DNA of 32,837 nucleotides from Methanotrichaceae archaeon. Lineage in GTDB: Archaea > Halobacteriota > Methanosarcinia > Methanotrichales > Methanotrichaceae. Shown one piece after another: positions 27,103-32,837 of this stretch (positions are counted from its first letter, which is position 1; every line of letters begins with the position of its first letter). Below the pieces are notes generated by a model that saw only the letters and a program-made list of their open reading frames with translations, was not told where the DNA came from and searched no databases. The position numbers were made by a program, and so were the translations under genes. The DNA lies in assembly GCA_963803145.1 (NCBI GenBank), contig CAWDLW010000033.1, forward strand, positions 1 to 32,837, given 5' to 3'.

Positions 27103-28716
27103 CTAAGCATCTAATCGTATCTCAATCGCGACCACAGGCTGCTCAAGTCCAAAGCTGCGGATAACCTCAGGATGAAGCTCTCCAAAGCATCCTATCCTTT
27201 TGCCGTCAGCAGTGAGATCGGCTCCTCTGCCTGGCATAAATGCCCTATCCTCCGATGGAGAAACTTTAGCATCGATCATAAGCTCCCTGAGGATAGCATC
27301 TGCAACAGACCTTATCTCGGAGAAGCTCGCTCCGCTATGGATCGATGCTGCTGCAAGATTCGTCTTCGTCCTCTTGTTCTCTACTACCTCGCCCACGGCA
27401 AATATTCTCTGAGGCAAAGTATGATGCTGATTCAGCGAGAAGATCTCCAGCAGGCTTGGAAGTATAGATGTCCGAATGATCGTATGAAGCTCGCTTATTG
27501 GATGTAGAACTTTTGTTGCGCCCTCAGGTTCATGTTTCATCCATTGGAAGTGGACGGCCTCATTCGTCAGAGTAAATGGCATTGTTTCAAGGTATCCAAG
27601 GCCAGTCATAACCTCCCTGACCTCGGCCTTCCTTACCTCGGAGGCGTAAGGCTTGCCTACGGTAACTGTTGCGGGAAGCTCTGCGAGCAAGTTATCATAA
27701 CCGTATGCCTTGGCAGCATCCTCAAATATATCCCATGAGTGCATTATGTCAGCCCTGTAGGCTGGGACAAGCACCTCCACATTTCCGTCAACGGCGTTTG
27801 CTCCAAATCTCATTCTCTCAAGGCAGCCTGTGAGTTCTTCCGGGGATAAATCAAAGCCTATTAACCCGTTTGCCTCATCGGCGCTCACGATCCATTTTGA
27901 GGGCTCAAGGTTCGGCGAGATGAAATTTCCTTCGCTTCTCAATACCCGAACGCCCTCAACAATGCCTCCCCGCTCTGCCAGAGAGGTCACAACTATATTC
28001 AGTGCCTTGTAGACCACTGGATCGGTGCCCGTGACATCAATGAACAGATCGTGGGAGTCCTCCTCGACCCTCGTCAGCTCACCGTTTATGACAGGCGGGA
28101 AGGAGAGAACATTGTCATGGGCATCCACAATGAGGGGATATCTATCGAAGCCTTCGAGGATATGGCCATAATCCCTGCCCTTTGGATGCCTTTCCAGTAT
28201 CTCCCTCATTGACATGCTCTCATCAAAATCCAGAGGAATGAACTCTCTAGATGGATCAGCGCCGATATATCTGAAGGGAGGTGTCACGCGAGAGATGTCG
28301 TGAACACCGATTGCCACCTTTCGCCTGTTTCTGCCCAGGCCCCAATGAAGATCCTCCTGCAGATCCATCAGAGACTCAATTGATGCATCTGAGAACTGAA
28401 GCCCTCTGACGACTGCACAGCCGATTATCGGTCTGACTGCCTTGACAGACTCCTCGACCTCTATCGCCACTGGGCCCGGCATGACATCGTATTTCCTGAG
28501 TCCGACCTTTATGTCCAAGAAGCCTTGAAGAGCGCGCGCGACACCCTCGGAGCTGTATAGATCTGGCCTATCGGGAAAGAACTCAACATCAACATAATCC
28601 TCGGCGGCGCTTTTGCCTATATCTGCACCCATCATTGGCAGCCTGACCATGATAGTATCTCTGGAAGCGCTCACCATCTCCTCAAGATCTTCGTAATAAA
28701 GTCTGACAACTGGCAT
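27103..28716 (-). CDS. pheT: Phenylalanine--tRNA ligase beta subunit (archaeal type)
   Basis: PDRPDLYSSEGVARAL, LQEDLHWGLGRNRRKVAIGVHD, VLSFPPVIN, PAYRADIMH, GELHPEV; start at MPVV directly after pheS. Confidence 0.96.
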   Translation of the reverse strand: MPVVRLYYEDLEEMVSASRDTIMVRLPMMGADIGKSAAEDYVDVEFFPDRPDLYSSEGVARALQGFLDIKVGLRKYDVMPGPVAIEVEESVKAVRPIIGCAVVRGLQFSDASIESLMDLQEDLHWGLGRNRRKVAIGVHDISRVTPPFRYIGADPSREFIPLDFDESMSMREILERHPKGRDYGHILEGFDRYPLIVDAHDNVLSFPPVINGELTRVEEDSHDLFIDVTGTDPVVYKALNIVVTSLAERGGIVEGVRVLRSEGNFISPNLEPSKWIVSADEANGLIGFDLSPEELTGCLERMRFGANAVDGNVEVLVPAYRADIMHSWDIFEDAAKAYGYDNLLAELPATVTVGKPYASEVRKAEVREVMTGLGYLETMPFTLTNEAVHFQWMKHEPEGATKVLHPISELHTIIRTSILPSLLEIFSLNQHHTLPQRIFAVGEVVENKRTKTNLAAASIHSGASFSEIRSVADAILRELMIDAKVSPSEDRAFMPGRGADLTADGKRIGCFGELHPEVIRSFGLEQPVVAIEIRLDA

Positions 28717-28718
28717 AG

Positions 28719-30185
28719 TTACACCTTCATGGAAATCGGAGTATTCCTGAGCCATTCTATATCCGGCTGGTAAAGCTCCCTCAGATCCTTGAGACCGAGC
28801 TTGAGCATCGCCACACGGCTTACACCTAATCCCCATGCAAGCACTGGGTGGTCTATGCCAAAGGGCGCAGTCACTTCCTTCCTGAAAACTCCTGCTCCTC
28901 CAAGCTCGACCCAGCCTAAACCATCTATGAAGACCTCTGGCTCTACGCTCGGCTCTGTATAAGGGAAGTAGCCTGGCCTGAACCTGATCTCCTCAAATCC
29001 CATTTTTGCATAGAACTCCTTTAGGACTCCCAAAAGATGCCTGAACGTCAGCCCCTTATCCATGATGACTCCCTCAAGCTGCTCGAACTCAGGCGTATGT
29101 GTTGCGTCTATGGCCTCTCGTCTGTAAACGCGATCTATTCCAAAGGCTTTCACAGGAGGACTCGGATGGTCTGCGAGGTAATGAATCGTCACAGCAGTTG
29201 TATGTGTTCTAAGAACCTCTTGCCTTGCGATATCCGGATTCCAAGCGCCTCCCCAGCCGGTCGATCCAACACCACCGCCACATTCGTGCATCTCCTTGAC
29301 TTTTGCGAAGTTGGGAATCTCGGCCTTTGTATCAAGGTAAAAGGTATCTTGCATCTCCCTTGCAGGGTGATCCTGCGGCTGGAAAAGGGCATCGAAGTTC
29401 CAGAAGCTTGATTGGATTATCTCTCCTTTGATCTCAGTGAACCCCATCTCAAGCATTATCTCCCTCATCTTGTCAATCAGCCGCTGGTAGGGATGACTCT
29501 TGCCAGGGTAAATTTGATCGGCCGCCAGAGTGACATCGTAAGGCCTGACTGAGCAAAGCCTGCCCTCGTAGAGGACTTTATTGCCGCTCCATTCACCCGA
29601 TTTAATCATTCCTGAGGCGACGTGGGTTATTGACTCTGCGGCAGAGCCCAAGCCCGATGCTGCCTTTCTTCCAGAATCCGTGATCTCATATCTCCAGGAT
29701 TTCGATTTGCTGGATTCTATTAGTCCACGGCTTTTGAGTGCGGCAACTGCACTGCCATCAACCTTATTCACGCTTATAGGAGCTTTAAGCAAAGCCTCCA
29801 GGGTTTCCTCATCTTTCCCACGTGCAGCGCTGCCGGCAGGCTTTAGCACACCCTTATCGATCGTTGCCCAGCTTTTCTTCTTCAGCCATCCAAGGCCAAT
29901 TTTAGCAGAGGGATCTTTTAGTTCAGCAATCGGCTTCCCGGAGCCGATAGCTTCCAGAAGCCTCCTCTCGGGAAGGCCCTCTTCCGCATACCTATGGCCC
30001 TCCTCGGTAAGCGAGACTTCCTCATCAACTGATTTGAGGACATTTACAAGGCTCTGCTCACTTAATACGTCGGCCGAGGCTCGTACCGCCTCTACCTTCA
30101 TGTTTAATTTCTGGGCAATGGTTTGAGGGTCCGAATAACCTTCAGATATAGCCTTCAGAACTTTTGCATCGCTTTCAGATAACAT
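28719..30185 (-). CDS. pheS: Phenylalanine--tRNA ligase alpha subunit (archaeal type)
   Basis: FWNFDALFQPQDHPAREMQDTF, LRTHTT, RVYRREAIDATHTPEF, FPYTEPS, WVELGGAG. Confidence 0.97.
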   Translation of the reverse strand: MLSESDAKVLKAISEGYSDPQTIAQKLNMKVEAVRASADVLSEQSLVNVLKSVDEEVSLTEEGHRYAEEGLPERRLLEAIGSGKPIAELKDPSAKIGLGWLKKKSWATIDKGVLKPAGSAARGKDEETLEALLKAPISVNKVDGSAVAALKSRGLIESSKSKSWRYEITDSGRKAASGLGSAAESITHVASGMIKSGEWSGNKVLYEGRLCSVRPYDVTLAADQIYPGKSHPYQRLIDKMREIMLEMGFTEIKGEIIQSSFWNFDALFQPQDHPAREMQDTFYLDTKAEIPNFAKVKEMHECGGGVGSTGWGGAWNPDIARQEVLRTHTTAVTIHYLADHPSPPVKAFGIDRVYRREAIDATHTPEFEQLEGVIMDKGLTFRHLLGVLKEFYAKMGFEEIRFRPGYFPYTEPSVEPEVFIDGLGWVELGGAGVFRKEVTAPFGIDHPVLAWGLGVSRVAMLKLGLKDLRELYQPDIEWLRNTPISMKV

Positions 30186-30694
30186 GATACCATCTCATAG
30201 TCGGATAAACTCTTGGGAAATCTCTTATTTAAGCTGCCCGTTATCATTCAGTTAAAAGGTGAAAAGAAAAAGACTAAGCTCATATTGCCGAAGATACTTA
30301 GGACTATCCTCTTCGGCATGATGCGCCTTTGATTGATATTGATTCTTTTTATAGGTCTCTCAGGCACGCTACATGCCGTTAAGTTGATGGCATATAAACC
30401 TATCGAATAAATCAAAAGGCGATTGTTTTTTGAGTATGATCGATTCAGCATTAGGGCCTGCAACTATAATCTAAGAGCCTTATACTTACTTTTAGGGCTA
30501 TCACTGGCGGCCTTTTAGTACACTTAGTCGCCGTGTAGGCCGATTAATCATCCATAGGACGGAAAGAAATGCTGCTGGGCATGTAGGGCTTCGTGATCTA
30601 AAGTCGAAGCAGTATCCCCCCGGCTGGGGATTTAAATAGGCACAGCGTACCCATTGAAAGGCTAGTGCATTCAGGAATATATAGCGGGTAAAAT

Positions 30695-31333
30695 ATGCTC
30701 AATATTTTCATAGATGAGGCTGGAGATCAAGGATTTAGCTTTGAAAAGGGCTCCTCAAGATATTTTATTATCGGTTTTGCATATTTTCCTACAACAGGAT
30801 ATAAAGATTGTGTGGATTCCGTTAAGAGAGAGATAACAGAAAAGGGAGGTAAAGAGCCCCAACACCTTCATTTCAACAAATCCTCGATCAATATACGAAA
30901 AGAACTACTGAAAAGAATGGTAGAGGCAAAAGGCAAATTCGGCTATATCCACGAAGATAAGAAAAAAATTTATGATTATCTCAGGGTTAATCATAATATG
31001 AACTACAATTATAATCAAATGGTATATTACTTAATTGACACTCTGATTGAGAATGAACGGATATACGAAGATATTGCCGTATTCATAAGCCAGCGATCAT
31101 CTGATAAGAGAATAAAAAAGGGAATTGCGACATATCTTTCGACCCAGATCAATAAGACTCTAGATCCGCATAGGCTATATCCAAAATTCGTCAAGCCGCA
31201 TAGTAGCCGAGGAGCAGATTGCGCCGATTTCGTGAGCGGTAGCGTTTATAAAATGATAGAGAAAAATGATTCTCAATACTACGAGATAATTAAAAACAAT
31301 ATAGTTGTAGCCAAAGAGCTTTTTAAAAAGTGA
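30695..31333 (+). CDS. DUF3800-family protein (RNase H-like fold)
   Basis: N-terminal IFIDEAGD-G, YFIIG, HLHFNK, C-terminal S..GADCADFVSG (variant of S...Q.AD). Confidence 0.85.
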   Translation: MLNIFIDEAGDQGFSFEKGSSRYFIIGFAYFPTTGYKDCVDSVKREITEKGGKEPQHLHFNKSSINIRKELLKRMVEAKGKFGYIHEDKKKIYDYLRVNHNMNYNYNQMVYYLIDTLIENERIYEDIAVFISQRSSDKRIKKGIATYLSTQINKTLDPHRLYPKFVKPHSSRGADCADFVSGSVYKMIEKNDSQYYEIIKNNIVVAKELFKK

Positions 31334-31929
31334 CACTCCCGCCGGTTCATCCTTGCACCTCAAGGTACACGTCGCCAGGGGTAACTAATTAACTAATTAG
31401 TTTTTCGAACATATATGTTTTTCGCATAACAATGTACTGATAGTGATTCCTCACCTACTTCGTCCAATCTGCTTCTTTCGCTCCTGCTAGCCTCATCGAA
31501 GGTCCTCCAGGACATTAACCAGAGATTTGATTGCAATCCAAGAGGGTACATTCAAGAACAATTCTAACTCTGCATTTGGGGCTAACGCTAGCGGCTATCT
31601 TAGCGCGCTCAGTCGCCGCGCGGGCTTCAAGTGATTGCAATTTTAAGAGCGTACATTGTGGAATCATTCTGATTTTGCGTTTGCGCTGGCTAATATAATT
31701 CAAAAGCCTTACACTTCTTCTGGGGGCTAACACTGAAGGTTTTCCTAGCGCCCTCAATCGCCGGGCGGGCTGCCCCTAACCCCTCTTCGGGGGAATGTTT
31801 TGGAAAACGCATGCTATAAGGTTGGTGGTCTTGTCTTCTATAAAATCTCCATAACTAGCAATAGAATAACCCAAAGTCTAATATGGATAGCGATAATTGG
31901 ATAAGCTATCTTTAAAGGGAGCGATATAA

Positions 31930-32509
31930 GTGGATGCACCTATTGGAGATGATAATACCTAATCAAATCGCTCTGAAAACGCGAGTGATGAAAAAAGGCA
32001 GCTTTGCTTCGATGTGACCAAAGCGGCATACGATTTTACTATCACAAATATAGATGGCTTAGATGCAAAAGCAAGTAATTTAATAACTTTTGTGGGGGTA
32101 ATATTGGGTATATATTCAGCAGTTGGTCCAAGCATTCTGGATCTATTGATAAAAAGGGTGTTTTATTAAATGGCATAACATATTACAATTTATCATTATC
32201 TATTTTAATAATTAGTTTTGGTGCCCTGATAATCTCAATTTATTTTGCGCTGCGTGCATATAATTGTATAACATAACAATCGTCCCATATCCACCCTATT
32301 TTTATGAACAGTACATCATAAACGATAAACGCACAAAAAAAGATATTCTAGATAGCCTTACTGTGGCATTTGTATCAGCATTTCAATCAAATGAGAATAA
32401 AATGGGGGAAAAATCGTTTTATATTTCATTGAGTTTCATATTGCTATTGCTAGGGTCTGCCGCTGGTGTTATATTTATGCTCCTCGCATTTATAGCTCCT
32501 AAGGTTTAA
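31930..32509 (+). pseudogene. Decayed multi-TM membrane protein gene
   Basis: Fragments IDGLDAKASNLITFVGVILG and FALRAYN...NENK...KSFYISLSFILLLLG are separated by stops/frameshifts. Confidence 0.5.
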
Positions 32510-32837
32510 TAAATGGAAAAGCGCCCAGAGAATGCCCCGAAACCCCAATCTTCTGATTCGAGACGTTCGGCCAATATAGCCGATAGAGTGGATCGCGGTC
32601 TCCTCCATGAAATTAAAAAAGAGAGACCAACAAAGTAATAGTTACTAGGCTTGATCCTTTTAATAAGCCTGAAAAATTAATTTTTAAAATGCCCCTAAAG
32701 CCATGATCTCACGCTGTGACATATCCAATTGGGCTGCCTGGAGATCCCTTAAATGCCATGGGAATAGCGCAGTAGAAGCATGCAAAACTTGATACTTGCC
32801 TCATCGGAGCTCCTCCAGGGTATTGACCAGCGTATTG

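Noticed and set aside
31528-31740. Two ~60-bp imperfect repeats (TGATTGCAAT..AAGAG.GTACATT) about 104 bp apart, considered as a mini-CRISPR
   Set aside because: Only two divergent copies, no repeat/spacer pattern and no cas genes; the period fits a decayed TPR-like gene on the minus strand better

Overview
Archaeal DNA, most likely from a Methanothrix/Methanosarcinales-type methanogen (inferred from the archaeal pheS-pheT pair, TATA-type promoters and expanded secreted TPR proteins). Right of a tRNA-Ser(GCT) at 26337-26421 (-) is host backbone (CBS protein, pheT, pheS), then a DUF3800 gene and decayed genes. Left of the tRNA is an integration hotspot holding two elements. (i) A complete ~15 kb element (11294-26392) is bounded by a perfect 57-bp repeat of the tRNA 3' half. 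It encodes a tyrosine integrase, a small RHH regulator missed by the ORF track, a primase-polymerase/helicase followed by an iteron-type origin, and a ~930-aa beta-propeller protein with tail-fibre-like HxH repeats that is split by a minimal IS200. It also encodes three secreted TPR proteins and a cassette (signal-peptide OB-fold-like protein, SWIM finger, ArdC) bracketed by two large fold-back DNA/RNA structures. I see no capsid, terminase, relaxase or T4SS gene. (ii) An older, decayed element at the same site carries an integrase pseudogene, a TPR gene, a PIN pseudogene, a family A DNA polymerase relic and an NLR/Avs-like HD-STAND-TPR gene split by an IS5. All family calls come from recognising motifs by eye, not from database searches.
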